From the NCBI GenBank assembly GCA_040218735.1, contig JAVJQW010000058.1, forward strand, positions 1 through 64,000: 64,000 nt of DNA, in the 5' to 3' direction. How positions within the stretch are numbered: position 1 is the stretch's first letter; the number at the start of each line of letters is the position of its first letter. Source of the stretch: Deltaproteobacteria bacterium (GTDB lineage: Bacteria; Myxococcota; Kuafuiibacteriia; Kuafuiibacteriales; Kuafuiibacteriaceae). This document shows, one piece after another, positions 18,989-29,098 of this stretch. The notes beneath the pieces are model-generated. The model had not been told where the DNA came from and ran no database searches. It worked only from the letters and a program-made list of their open reading frames with translations. Position numbers and translations under genes: made by a program.

Positions 18989-21900
18989 GTGCGCGAAAGA
19001 TCACCGCGCGTGCGAATTCGTGGTGGTCTGCTGGTGCTCGTCCTCGCGACGGGCTGCATTCGGAGCGTCGACAACATCGAGGCGGAGGAGGGCGGCTTCA
19101 TCACGGGCACCGTGGTGGCGCGCAGCGCTTCGACCGGCCTGCTCGAACCGGTGGTCGGCGCGCGGGTCGATCTGATCGGCGGCTCCGTCGGCGAGACCAC
19201 CAAGACGGAGGGGCGCTTCACCCTGCGTCGCCTGCCGCTCGGTCGGCACGGGCTCGATCTCCTCCTCCGCGCGTCGGGCGGGGCCCCGGCGCAGGCGCGC
19301 CGCGTCGCTGGGTTGCGGTTGTTCGCGGAGGGGCAGTCCCTCGATCTCGGCGACGTGCAGCTCGGCGCGCTCGCGGACGTGGTCGGCGAAGTGCGTCTGG
19401 CGGACGTCGACTCCGAGGTGGCGGCCGTCGGCTCGGCGGTGGTGCTCGTCGCGACGCCCTTCGCGACGATCGTCGGTCTCGACGGCGCGTACCGCATGCC
19501 CGCGGTCCCCGCCGGGCAATACCAGGTCGCGGTCGTTCGGGATGGGTATGTGCCCGGGACGATCGACGGCGCCGAGGTGCCGGCCGGGCTGGCGGCGCCG
19601 ATGCGACAGATCGTGCTCGAGCCGCTCGACGAAGACGCGGTGTACGAGGTGCGCGGCGCGTACGACGTGACGGAGGGTGAGCCGAACGACGCCGACGTCG
19701 TGTTCATCTCGGAGACGACGACCGCCACGCCCGCTCAGGTCCGCGCGCAGACCGACGGCGAAGGGGGCTTCTCGGCCGAGCTGCGTCCGGGCGTGTATCG
19801 CGTGCGTTTCGAAAAACCCGGGTTCCGGACGGCGCAGCTGCGCAACGTGGTGGTCACGCCGACGTCGGTGCTCGGTCTCGACATCGTGGTGCTCGCGCCC
19901 GAGGACGCCGCGGACTACGACGGCGACGGCACGCCCGACGCGGAGGACGACGACGACGACGACGACGGTTGCCCGGACGACGTCGATCAGTTCGACACGG
20001 ATCGCTTCGGCTGCCTCGACGAGGACGGCGACGGCGTGCCCGACGAGCTCCAGCCCGACGACGATGACGACGGGCTGCTGGATGTCGAGGAGCTCACGGC
20101 GGGCGCGGACGGGTGGATCACGGATCCGAACCGCGCGGACTCGGACGACGACGGTGTCATCGATCCTCTGGATCGATGCCCGCTGCACCCCCTGGACGAC
20201 TGCGACATGATCATCGTGCAGCCCACCGACACGCCGACGATCGCGGGGTTCATGCCGCGGCAGGGGACGGTGCAGTCCACCATTACGTTCACCGGCATGT
20301 TCCTGCAGGGCGCGCTCGGCGCGAGCTTCGGGAACGCGGGCGCCTTCGCGCCGGCCTACGACGTCGGCGCGACCGCGTTCCGCGTGGACGTGCCGGGGCT
20401 CGCGTCGGACGGCCCCGTCACCGTGTCGTTCCGCAACGCAGCGAACCAGGTGGTGGGGACGTTCGTTCGTTCGTCCGAGCCGTTCGTGCAGACCGTCGTG
20501 CCCGGGCAGGTGCATCTCGGCGGCACCCTCCTGCTGAACGGCAGCGCGTTGCAGTCGCTGCAGGGGGTCTGGGTCGGCGGCGTGGCCGCGGAGATTCTAC
20601 CGAATGGAACGGACGCCGAGGTTTCGATCGTCGTGCCGACGACGGTCGTGCCCGGGGCCGTGGTGGTCGAGTACACCGGCGGCTCCGTGCGGCGCGCGGT
20701 GCCGGGGACGGTCCGGGTGTTCGGCGACCCGACGGTGCTGGAGGTGTCGCCGGCGACCGTTCCGGAGGGTGCGACGGTATCGGCCTTCGGGCGTGGCTTC
20801 GCCGGCACGGGGCAGGGGATGCTGACCGCGACGGTCGACGGGGCGCCGGTGACGATCGTGAGCAGCACGGATCGGGTGGTCGGCTTCGTGGTGCCCAACG
20901 CGCCGCAGCCGACGCCGCGGACGGCGGAGCTCGTCGTCGCGCTGGACGGTCGCGCGTCGCAGCCGGTGTCCTTCACGGTCGACGAAGACGCCGTCGCGAT
21001 CACGGACATCGGTCCCGCGATCCTCTTCGAGGGGGGCACACTCACGATCACGGGCCGGAACCTGCACGCGCCGCCGACCTACCAGGTCACCGAGGTTCGT
21101 GTCGGGGGCCAGCCGGCGACGATCGTGACGTCGGCGGCGAACGCGTTGGAGGTGACGGTGCCGAGCGGTGCGCAGTCGAGCACGCTGGAGATCGACTACG
21201 ACTTCGCGGGGCCACCGGCGAGGTCGGGGACGGTGACGTATGCGCGCGGTCCGACGATTCTGCGGATCGTCGGGACGTCGGGCACCACGGGCAGCGAGAA
21301 CCCGTGTGCGGTGCTCGCGAACGGTGATCTCCTCTCGGGTGCGTCGACGCTATCGATGCGCCGCTGGGACCCCGACATGGCGGGCTTCACGATGACCACC
21401 GGCGCGTTCGGCGTCGCGTGCTCTCGGGTGGCGTTGGCACCGGATCGGACGCACGCGGTCGTCGTCAACGCGCTGAACACCGTCGTCTACGCCGTGACGC
21501 TCCCGGACTTCGCGCCCAGCCCCGGGTGCGCCATTGCGGACTTTGGCGGCAACGCGTTTTCGTTTCGACGTCACGACGTCGCGTTCACGCGCACGAGCAC
21601 CGCGGCTCTCGCGTTCGTTCCGCTCCCCGCGGTCGGCGCCGGGACCGGCGGCGTGCTGCGCGTGCCGCTCGACGGTGGCCCGTGCTCGGTCGTCGGCCCG
21701 ACCCTCACGGGTTCGGTTCGCGCGCTTCGGATGATCCCGGGCACCAACGACCGCGAGCTCATGGTGCAGGGCACACGGAGCGGCGGCTACGTGCTCGGTC
21801 GCATGGATGTCTCGACGGGCACCTGGATCGAGGAGCCCGATACCGTGATGAGGGCAGGCGGCAACTATCAGCTGCCGTTCCTCAACCTGGATCCGCTGAG

Positions 21901-22210
21901 CTCGGCCGCGTGGAGCGGGCACTTCCTGCACGCGCCCGGGGGAGAGCGGCCCCTCGCGATCCTGGTCGACAACGTCTCGGCGGCTCAATACTCGTCCACG
22001 GCGATGTCCCCGGACTACCGCTACGTCTTCGGGCCCGAAGCGTTCGACTTCGCGACGCGCCGCACCAGCACGATCGAGGAGACCGACACCGAAGGGTCCA
22101 TCGCGTACACGTCGCCGACCGGTGCGCTGCGGTGGTTCCACAAGGGGCCCAACAGCAACGCCGACCTGCGCGTGGCCGAGGTCGTCGTCTCACCGCCTTC
22201 ACTCCCCTGA
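18989..22210 (+). CDS. Large surface lipoprotein: carboxypeptidase-regulatory-like domains, TSP3-like Ca-binding repeats, IPT/TIG repeats, C-terminal propeller-like region
   Basis: Lipobox ATGC; DxDGDGxPD motifs; several IPT-like segments (e.g. GGTLTITGRNL). Confidence 0.8.
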   Translation: MRERSPRVRIRGGLLVLVLATGCIRSVDNIEAEEGGFITGTVVARSASTGLLEPVVGARVDLIGGSVGETTKTEGRFTLRRLPLGRHGLDLLLRASGGAPAQARRVAGLRLFAEGQSLDLGDVQLGALADVVGEVRLADVDSEVAAVGSAVVLVATPFATIVGLDGAYRMPAVPAGQYQVAVVRDGYVPGTIDGAEVPAGLAAPMRQIVLEPLDEDAVYEVRGAYDVTEGEPNDADVVFISETTTATPAQVRAQTDGEGGFSAELRPGVYRVRFEKPGFRTAQLRNVVVTPTSVLGLDIVVLAPEDAADYDGDGTPDAEDDDDDDDGCPDDVDQFDTDRFGCLDEDGDGVPDELQPDDDDDGLLDVEELTAGADGWITDPNRADSDDDGVIDPLDRCPLHPLDDCDMIIVQPTDTPTIAGFMPRQGTVQSTITFTGMFLQGALGASFGNAGAFAPAYDVGATAFRVDVPGLASDGPVTVSFRNAANQVVGTFVRSSEPFVQTVVPGQVHLGGTLLLNGSALQSLQGVWVGGVAAEILPNGTDAEVSIVVPTTVVPGAVVVEYTGGSVRRAVPGTVRVFGDPTVLEVSPATVPEGATVSAFGRGFAGTGQGMLTATVDGAPVTIVSSTDRVVGFVVPNAPQPTPRTAELVVALDGRASQPVSFTVDEDAVAITDIGPAILFEGGTLTITGRNLHAPPTYQVTEVRVGGQPATIVTSAANALEVTVPSGAQSSTLEIDYDFAGPPARSGTVTYARGPTILRIVGTSGTTGSENPCAVLANGDLLSGASTLSMRRWDPDMAGFTMTTGAFGVACSRVALAPDRTHAVVVNALNTVVYAVTLPDFAPSPGCAIADFGGNAFSFRRHDVAFTRTSTAALAFVPLPAVGAGTGGVLRVPLDGGPCSVVGPTLTGSVRALRMIPGTNDRELMVQGTRSGGYVLGRMDVSTGTWIEEPDTVMRAGGNYQLPFLNLDPLSSAAWSGHFLHAPGGERPLAILVDNVSAAQYSSTAMSPDYRYVFGPEAFDFATRRTSTIEETDTEGSIAYTSPTGALRWFHKGPNSNADLRVAEVVVSPPSLP

Positions 22211-22214
22211 AGAT

Positions 22215-23705
22215 TCAGCGCACGCGAAACAGCTCGATGCGCAGGTCGAGCCCCAGCGCGACGGCGAGCTGGAACGCCGGCCCACCGAAGTCGAGCGCGC
22301 GGAGGCGCTCGTACGCGTCGAGGGCGGCGGCGCTGCTGTCGCCCTCGAAGTCGAGCACCGGCGAGCGTTGGAACGTCGCCTGACCGACGAGCTCGCCGCG
22401 GATGTCCACGCTCAGCGCACGGCTTCGCCACACCGTGTGACGGACGCCGACGACGGGCGCGATCTGCACGCCGGGCATGACGATGCGAATTCGGTAGGAC
22501 CGCGCCGCGTCGACGAGCTCGTGCGCCTCGAACCGCGTCCCTCCGAACAGCCCGACGTACGGCTGCAGGGCGCCGTCGGTGAGTGTGTACCGGGCGCCCA
22601 ACGCGAGCGACCCGACGCCCTGCACCGACGTGCCCCCGCGCTGGTACCCGCTGATGGGATCGATCGTCCCGTCGAATCCGGCGGTCCGCGCCGTCCTCGC
22701 TCCGTCGAGCGTCCGCGCGTACGTGCCGACCGCGAGGATGATCTGAAGCCGCTGCTCCAACTCCACGAACATCGGGACGCTCAGCTGCGCGCCCTGCCGG
22801 AGCTTCACGTCCGCCGACGCGATCGGGAACGTTGGTCCCGCGTCGAAGCCGATCCCGAACCCGATCTCACCGGCGGGGTCGGGTTCGCGACGCACCGGTT
22901 GGGTCGGCTCGGGCGGAGGGCCAGCGAGCCGCGCACCCGCGCTCGCACGCAGCGCGGCGGCGTGCGCGGGGTTGCCGAGGGCATCGAGGTGTCGCGCGTG
23001 CGGTTCGAAGCGTTGGTCCGGCGCGACGCTCGCGATCCGGAGCGGATCGGACCTCGTCGACGTCGTCGTCTCGGCGATCGTCGCGGTGCGGACGCCGGGG
23101 ATCGTCGCGCGGCGCGGGGGCGCGACGTTCGGTGTCGCGCAGACGGCGAGGCCGATCAGCTCGGCGAGGCGGTTCTCGTCGACGCTCAGGTCGTCCGCGA
23201 CCTCGAGCTTCTCGGTGGTGAGTCCCACCCGCGCCACGAGACGCGACGTCGAGCTCGTCATGACGGCGGTGCGTTCCGCAGGGTCGTGGAGCACCGTCCA
23301 GGTGTCGGTGACGGTGGCGGTGCCGACGATCGCGAAGCCGTCGAGGCGGCGCAGATCATTGCCGATCAACACGACGCTCACGTCGCGCACCGTCGAGCTC
23401 GTCGCGGTGAATCGACACACCTGGCGAGCGGGCGGCACGTACGCCCAGTCGAAGTGCGCGTCGCATTCGGCGCTCCACAGAAGAGTGTCGGCTTCGTGCA
23501 CGATGGTCGGCGCGAACGTCCGGCGGAAGGCGCGCTTCGATTGGGCCGCGCCGCCTTCTCCGTCGGGTCGTGTCCACAGCCCGCCCATCTCGTAGGGGAG
23601 ATCGGCGTCGCGCAGGGGGTCGAAGCGGTGCGGCGCGCGGGGGACCGCCGCACAGGCGGTGGCGCAGGTGAGCGCCACGCAGAGAGCTGACCTCGGCGAT
23701 CGCAT
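22215..23705 (-). CDS. Hypothetical exported protein, C-terminal beta-barrel-like region
   Basis: Signal/lipobox-like N-terminus; LQPYVGLFGG and alternating beta pattern; fills the gap between neighbours. Confidence 0.55.
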   Translation of the reverse strand: MRSPRSALCVALTCATACAAVPRAPHRFDPLRDADLPYEMGGLWTRPDGEGGAAQSKRAFRRTFAPTIVHEADTLLWSAECDAHFDWAYVPPARQVCRFTATSSTVRDVSVVLIGNDLRRLDGFAIVGTATVTDTWTVLHDPAERTAVMTSSTSRLVARVGLTTEKLEVADDLSVDENRLAELIGLAVCATPNVAPPRRATIPGVRTATIAETTTSTRSDPLRIASVAPDQRFEPHARHLDALGNPAHAAALRASAGARLAGPPPEPTQPVRREPDPAGEIGFGIGFDAGPTFPIASADVKLRQGAQLSVPMFVELEQRLQIILAVGTYARTLDGARTARTAGFDGTIDPISGYQRGGTSVQGVGSLALGARYTLTDGALQPYVGLFGGTRFEAHELVDAARSYRIRIVMPGVQIAPVVGVRHTVWRSRALSVDIRGELVGQATFQRSPVLDFEGDSSAAALDAYERLRALDFGGPAFQLAVALGLDLRIELFRVR

Positions 23706-23794
23706 GCCGCGGGCTCGTCGTAGCTCGGTCGCAGCGTTGGTGTCACCGGGCGCGGCGTTGACGTCGCTCGCCGCCTCGCGCCAGGCTCGCGCGC

Positions 23795-24361
23795 GTGAAG
23801 GGGGCGCGCTGGCTCGGGGTGGCGCTGCTGGGGCTCACGGCGTGCCCGGCGGATCCCGTCCCGCCCGCGGGGCCTTCGGCGCAGCCGGTGCTCGGTGACG
23901 TTCCGAAGGGCTACCGTCGCGGCGCGCTCGTGTTCGACCCGGCCGCGAACCGCGCCGTGTACATGGGCGGCGACCACGTGGGTGGGAGCGAGCGTTTGCT
24001 CACGTACCTCGACACGTGGGTGCTCGAAGGGGGCGCGTGGCGTTTGCTCGAAGACGCCGGGCTCCCCGACCGAAGCGAGCACACCGCGGTCTTCGACACT
24101 GCGCGCGCGCGCGTCGTGTTGTTCGGCGGTTTCGGGACGTGCGCAGACGGTGGGCGCCGCTGCTGCGCCGAGACGTGGGAGCTCGTCGGCGACGTGTGGG
24201 AGCGCGTCGACGTCGAAGGCCCGCCGGCGCGCGTCGGCGCTTCGATGGTCTACGACGCGGCCAACGCGAGGACGCTCTTGTTCGGGGGCCTGATCTGCAG
24301 CGACGAAGACGACGCGTCGGTGTGGTCGTACGACGGCACGGCGTGGACGGAGCTGCGATGA
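23795..24361 (+). CDS. Lipoprotein with 3 Kelch-like blades
   Basis: Lipobox LTAC; three V(F/Y)DxAxxRxxx(M/F)GG repeats. Confidence 0.8.
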   Translation: MKGARWLGVALLGLTACPADPVPPAGPSAQPVLGDVPKGYRRGALVFDPAANRAVYMGGDHVGGSERLLTYLDTWVLEGGAWRLLEDAGLPDRSEHTAVFDTARARVVLFGGFGTCADGGRRCCAETWELVGDVWERVDVEGPPARVGASMVYDAANARTLLFGGLICSDEDDASVWSYDGTAWTELR

Positions 24362-24888
24362 AGCGCCTCCTGCTGTGCCTCCCGCTCGCGGGCTGTTTCA
24401 TCGGCGCCGAGGACGTGCCGCCGGACTTCGAGCGTCCCGGTCCGCAGGGGCGTTACGGCGCGAGCGTCGCGTTCGACGCGGCGCGCGCTCGGCTCATCAC
24501 CTACGGCGGCGAGAACGACGTCGGGATCCAGACGACGACCTGGTCGTTCGCGCAGGGTCGGTGGTCCCGCCTGACGAGCGCGGGCCCGCCCGCCCGCGAA
24601 GGCGCGGCGATGGTCTACGACGTCGAACGCGATCGCGTCGTGCTGTTCGGCGGCGAGCTCGTCGACCCGTCCGAGCCGTGCGACGCGACCTGGGAGCTGG
24701 TCGGCGAAGCGTGGACGCGCGTCGACGTCCCCGCCCCGACCTGCCGCCGCGGCCACGTCATGACCTACGACGCCGAAGCGCGTCGTGTGCTGTTGTTCGG
24801 CGGGTTTGCCGCAGAGGGCTGCGCCGGCGGCGCGTGCCAGCAGACGTGGGCGTACGACGGGACGTGGACGTTGGTGAACGCGCCCTAG
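24358..24888 (+). CDS. Lipoprotein with 3 Kelch-like blades
   Basis: ATGA overlap with the previous gene; MKRLLLCLPLAGC; three (F/Y)DxxxxRxxx(Y/F)GG repeats. Confidence 0.8.
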   Translation: MKRLLLCLPLAGCFIGAEDVPPDFERPGPQGRYGASVAFDAARARLITYGGENDVGIQTTTWSFAQGRWSRLTSAGPPAREGAAMVYDVERDRVVLFGGELVDPSEPCDATWELVGEAWTRVDVPAPTCRRGHVMTYDAEARRVLLFGGFAAEGCAGGACQQTWAYDGTWTLVNAP

Positions 24889-24891
24889 CGT

Positions 24892-26499
24892 TCAGTCCTC
24901 GTCGACGGGGACCGCGTGGGCGCCTTGGGCGAGGCGGCCTTCGAACCCCTTGCCCGGGTTCGCGCGGTCCTCGGCGTCCGTCATGATCTGCAGGTCTTCG
25001 CCTTCGAGGCGCGCCATGAAGACGGTGGCGGTGCTGTCGCCGACGACGTTCGTCGCGGTGCGGAACATGTCGAGGAGGCGGTCGACGCCGAGGATGAGCG
25101 CGAGGCCCTCGGTCGGGACGCCAATCGCGGTGAGCACCATCGCGAGCGTGATCATGCCCGCGCCGGGGACGCCGGCGGCGCCGACGGAGGCGAGCGTCGC
25201 GGAGACGACGATCGTGGCCTGGTCGCCGACCGTGAGATCCATGCCGTAGATCTGCGCGATGAAGATCGCCGCGACGCCCTGGTAGAGCGCGGTGCCGTCC
25301 ATGTTCACGGTGGCGCCGAGCGGGAGGACGAAGCTCGTGATCTTGTTGCTGACGTTCACGTTCTCCTCGCACGCCTCCATCGTGACCGGCAGCGTCGCGG
25401 AGGAGCTCGAGGTGGAGAACGCGACGAGGAGCGCTTCCTTGATCGCGCCGAGGAACTTGAACAGCGGCAGGCGCGCGCCGAAGCGGACGACGGAGCCGTA
25501 CAGCAGGAAGGTGTGGAGCAACAGCCCGAGCACCACGACGAGCCCGTAGACCCCGAGCGCGATGAGGACGGAGAGCCCGGTACTCCCCACGACTTTGAAC
25601 AACAGCGCAGCGACGCCGTACGGCGCGAGCGCCATCGCGATGTGCACGAGCATCACCATCGCGTCGTTGAGGCGCGCGAACGCGTCCACGACGGGTGTCG
25701 CGCGATCCTCCTTCATCATCGTGAAGGCGATGCCGAGCATCAGCGCGAAGAAGATCACCTGCAGCATCTCGCCCTGCGCGAGGGACTGCACCGGGTTCGT
25801 CGGGACGATCGCGACGAGCTGATCCACGAGCGTGGGTGCGTTCGCCGCGTTGGCGACGGTGTCCCCGACGGATCCTTCGTACGACGCAAGGAGCCCCGCG
25901 CGGTCCTCCTCGGAGAGGAGGCGCCCGGGTTTGATCAGGTTCGTGAGGCCGACGCCGATGACGAGCGCGACGACGGTCGTCATCGTGAAGTAGCCGATCG
26001 TCCTCCCGCCGAGCCGCCCGAGTGCTTTGAAGTCACCGAGCGAGGCGACGCCGACACACAGCGAGAAGAAGACGAGCGGGACGACGACCATCTTGATCAG
26101 CGCGAGGAAGAGGCGGCCGATCCACTCCGTCCAATCGACGAGCGTACGGCCGAGCGGCGCGTACCGTTGGATCGACGGACCCTCCGCGACCCAGCCGGTC
26201 AGCGGCACGTTCGGTTTGACGCCCTTGATCCCCTGCGCCTCCAGCTTGAGGACCTCGGGGGGTGTGAGCTTCCATTCGATTTTCAGCCAGGTCGGATCGC
26301 CGGGGCGCTCTTCCACGATACGTGCGGATCGGAGGCCGGCTCCGCCCGGCACGCGCGCGCCGCGAATTTCGTTGAGGACCTTCGAACCTTTGCCGAGGGA
26401 CACGCCGTCCTGAGGGAGGAGGTTGGAGTTGGGTCCGACGAGGAACCCGAGGGCGACGCCCACCCCCATGCCGATGAGGATCTTCGTGTACAGCTGCAT
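24892..26499 (-). CDS. Dicarboxylate/amino acid:cation symporter (GltP/DAACS family)
   Basis: AFSTSSSSATLP, LGATVNMDGT, GAAGVPGAG, DRLLDMFRT. Confidence 0.95.
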   Translation of the reverse strand: MQLYTKILIGMGVGVALGFLVGPNSNLLPQDGVSLGKGSKVLNEIRGARVPGGAGLRSARIVEERPGDPTWLKIEWKLTPPEVLKLEAQGIKGVKPNVPLTGWVAEGPSIQRYAPLGRTLVDWTEWIGRLFLALIKMVVVPLVFFSLCVGVASLGDFKALGRLGGRTIGYFTMTTVVALVIGVGLTNLIKPGRLLSEEDRAGLLASYEGSVGDTVANAANAPTLVDQLVAIVPTNPVQSLAQGEMLQVIFFALMLGIAFTMMKEDRATPVVDAFARLNDAMVMLVHIAMALAPYGVAALLFKVVGSTGLSVLIALGVYGLVVVLGLLLHTFLLYGSVVRFGARLPLFKFLGAIKEALLVAFSTSSSSATLPVTMEACEENVNVSNKITSFVLPLGATVNMDGTALYQGVAAIFIAQIYGMDLTVGDQATIVVSATLASVGAAGVPGAGMITLAMVLTAIGVPTEGLALILGVDRLLDMFRTATNVVGDSTATVFMARLEGEDLQIMTDAEDRANPGKGFEGRLAQGAHAVPVDED

Positions 26500-26533
26500 C
26501 CGCGGGGGACGCTAGAAAAGCCTCGCGGTCCGG

Positions 26534-27316
26534 TCAACGGACGACGATGCGCGCGACGACCGGGAGGTGATCGGAGCGCCCGGCCTCGACGACCTCGATT
26601 TGCAGAGGATCGATGCGTCCGTCGTACACGACGTGGTCGAGCCGCGAGCCGATCTCACCCACGCTCGTGTTCCAGCGCCACGTGTCGCGGTCCACGCCGA
26701 ACGCTTCCCCGCCGTTCTCGAAGCCCGCCTCCTGGAGCACACCCAGCGCGCCGCCGCTCGACTCGTTGAAGTCACCCGCGACGATCGTCGGTAGGTCGCG
26801 ATTCAGCCGCTTCAGAATGTTTCGCATCTCGGCGCGTCGAACGTCGGACGTCGTGAAGAAGCCGAGGATCGGGTTGCCGCTGTCGGAGAGCGGCGGGCGT
26901 AGGTGAACGTTCGCGAGCTGCACCTCACCCTGCGGCGTGTCGACGACGGCGACCATCGTCGGGAACCACGAGCCCTTCACGGGGTGCCCGACGACGTCGA
27001 GCTGCGTCAGCGGGTACTTCGACAGCACTGCGCTCCCTCCCGCGGCGCCGACGTGGTGAAAGTAGATGTGCGGATACCGCTCGCCGAGCGCCGCCCGCAG
27101 CTCCGCTTCCCACTCCGGGTTGGTCTCCTGGAGCAGCACGATGTCCGCGTCCGTCACAGCGATGGCCGCGATCCCCGGCGCGTCCCCGGCGAGGCCGTAG
27201 TTCACGTTGTAGGTGAGGAGGGTCAGGGGTGCCTCTCCGGGTGCGGCCTCGCGCGCCACCCGCGTCGGGCTCGCGCAGGCAAAACAGAGCGAGAGGGCTG
27301 CGATCCACTTCTGCAT
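26534..27316 (-). CDS. Endonuclease/exonuclease/phosphatase family lipoprotein
   Basis: LTYNV, LLQE, AGDFN, LDHV, SDHLP; lipobox CFAC. Confidence 0.9.
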   Translation of the reverse strand: MQKWIAALSLCFACASPTRVAREAAPGEAPLTLLTYNVNYGLAGDAPGIAAIAVTDADIVLLQETNPEWEAELRAALGERYPHIYFHHVGAAGGSAVLSKYPLTQLDVVGHPVKGSWFPTMVAVVDTPQGEVQLANVHLRPPLSDSGNPILGFFTTSDVRRAEMRNILKRLNRDLPTIVAGDFNESSGGALGVLQEAGFENGGEAFGVDRDTWRWNTSVGEIGSRLDHVVYDGRIDPLQIEVVEAGRSDHLPVVARIVVR

Positions 27317-27389
27317 CGAGTCTAGGACGCGCGGCGCGCCCGAAAAGTTCCCGCGGCGTGTAACGCGCACGTAGCCCGACGCGCTCGCG

Positions 27390-27959
27390 TCAGGACTGCG
27401 CGACGCAGCGCGTGAGCATGAAGTACGCGCCCATCGGCTTGCCCTTCTTCCAGGCCTCCCCGATCAACGAGTGCTTCGACAGCCGCCGGCAGTAGTCGAT
27501 CATGTTGCCGTACGTCGCGCCCGGGATGAGCCCGGTGTTCGGCTTGATCTCGGGCCACCCGTCCGGCTGCAACGAGGGCAGGCGCGTGTAGTCGAACTCG
27601 AGGCCGTCCTTGCCGTTCTGCACGAAGAAGTAGCCGGGGCCCGCGAAGGTCTTCGCGAGGCCGGTGGTGTGGTTGTACCCGACGACTTCGCCTTCGGCCG
27701 GCTTGAAGAACCGCTTCTGCGATATATTGAATAGCGGGAGGCTGTTCTTCAGCTCGTAGATCAGCGTCTCACCTTCGACGTCGACGATCTGATCGAGCTC
27801 GACACGCTGGCCTTCGACGATCTTCCAGAGCTTCTCCTGCATGCCGCCGGGGAGCGCGAGCACCTCCTCGACGCGTTGCGCCGCGGGGAGGCCATCGAGG
27901 TGCGCGGCGATCTCCTCCGCGGTGCTCCCGCCGCGGACCAGCTCGGTGAAGGTCGTCAT
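27390..27959 (-). CDS. Hypothetical protein coupled to serC
   Basis: ATG overlaps the serC stop; only this part of ORF 27390..29588 looks like real protein. Confidence 0.75.
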   Translation of the reverse strand: MTTFTELVRGGSTAEEIAAHLDGLPAAQRVEEVLALPGGMQEKLWKIVEGQRVELDQIVDVEGETLIYELKNSLPLFNISQKRFFKPAEGEVVGYNHTTGLAKTFAGPGYFFVQNGKDGLEFDYTRLPSLQPDGWPEIKPNTGLIPGATYGNMIDYCRRLSKHSLIGEAWKKGKPMGAYFMLTRCVAQS

Positions 27960-29041
27960 GCCGGGTTGCTCGCGGCGAAGTTCTTCATGAAGTCGACGAG
28001 GCGCCCGACGCCCTCCGGGCTCACGGCGTTGTACGTCGACGCGCGCAGGCCACCGACGCTGCGGTGACCCTTCAGCCCGACGAGGCCGGACTCCGTCGCC
28101 TCCGCGATGAACTTTGCCTCGAGCGCCTCGGAGGGGAGGCGCCACACGGCGTTCATGCGCGAGCGCGTCGCGACGTCGACCGGCGAGCGGTAGTAGCCGT
28201 CCGACGCGTCGATCGCGCCGTACAGCGCGGCCGCCTTCTCCTCGTTGCGCGCGGCCATCTTGTCGAGGCCGCCGAGGTCGTCGATCCACGCGAGCACGTT
28301 GCGCATGAGGTAGATCGCGAACGTCGGAGGCGTGTGATAGAGCGACTCCTTGTCCGCGTGGGTCTTGTACCGAAGGATCTTGGGGATCGTCGTCGATCCG
28401 CGCTCGATCAACGCCTTCTCGGCGATCACCAGCGTCACCCCGGACGGCCCCAGGTTCTTCTGCGCGCCGGCGTAGATCATCGCGAAGTTCGACACGTCGA
28501 GCGGGCGCGCCATGATGTCCGAGGACATGTCCGCGATGAGCGGCGCCGCGGTGGTCGGGAACGTCTGGAACTGCGTCCCGGCGATCGTGTTGTTCGACGT
28601 GATGTGCACGTAGGCCGCGCCCTCGGTGAGGTCGAGCTCGGTGGGGATCGACGTGTAGTGCCCGTCGACCGCGCCCGTCGCCGCGACGTGGGTCTTGCCG
28701 ATGATCTTCGCCTCCGCGAGCGCCTTCTCGGACCAGGTCCCGGTGATGACGTAGTCGGCGGTCTGGTCCGGGCCGAGGAAGTTCATCGGGATCGTCGCGA
28801 ACATCCCGGACGCGCCCCCCTGCAGGAAGAGGATGTCGTGGGTCTCCGGCACCGCCAGGAGCTTCCGCACGAGGGCCATCGCCTCGCGGTGCACCGCGTC
28901 GTAGGCCTTGCCGCGGTGGGAGTGCTCCATGATCGACATGCCGGTCCCGGCGAAGTCGAGGAGCTCCTCGTGCGCGCGCTTCAGCGCGGCGTTGGGGAGG
29001 CCGGCGGGGCCGGCGTTGAAGTTGACGATGTCGCGTCCCAT
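27956..29041 (-). CDS. serC: Phosphoserine aminotransferase
   Basis: [24 protein letters not shown] (PLP Lys), [11 protein letters not shown]. Confidence 0.97.
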   Translation of the reverse strand: MGRDIVNFNAGPAGLPNAALKRAHEELLDFAGTGMSIMEHSHRGKAYDAVHREAMALVRKLLAVPETHDILFLQGGASGMFATIPMNFLGPDQTADYVITGTWSEKALAEAKIIGKTHVAATGAVDGHYTSIPTELDLTEGAAYVHITSNNTIAGTQFQTFPTTAAPLIADMSSDIMARPLDVSNFAMIYAGAQKNLGPSGVTLVIAEKALIERGSTTIPKILRYKTHADKESLYHTPPTFAIYLMRNVLAWIDDLGGLDKMAARNEEKAAALYGAIDASDGYYRSPVDVATRSRMNAVWRLPSEALEAKFIAEATESGLVGLKGHRSVGGLRASTYNAVSPEGVGRLVDFMKNFAASNPA

Positions 29042-29098
29042 GGCGCGGCACGTTAGCGGATTCAGCGCCTTCGTCAACGGCGTAGCGCCTCGGGTCCG

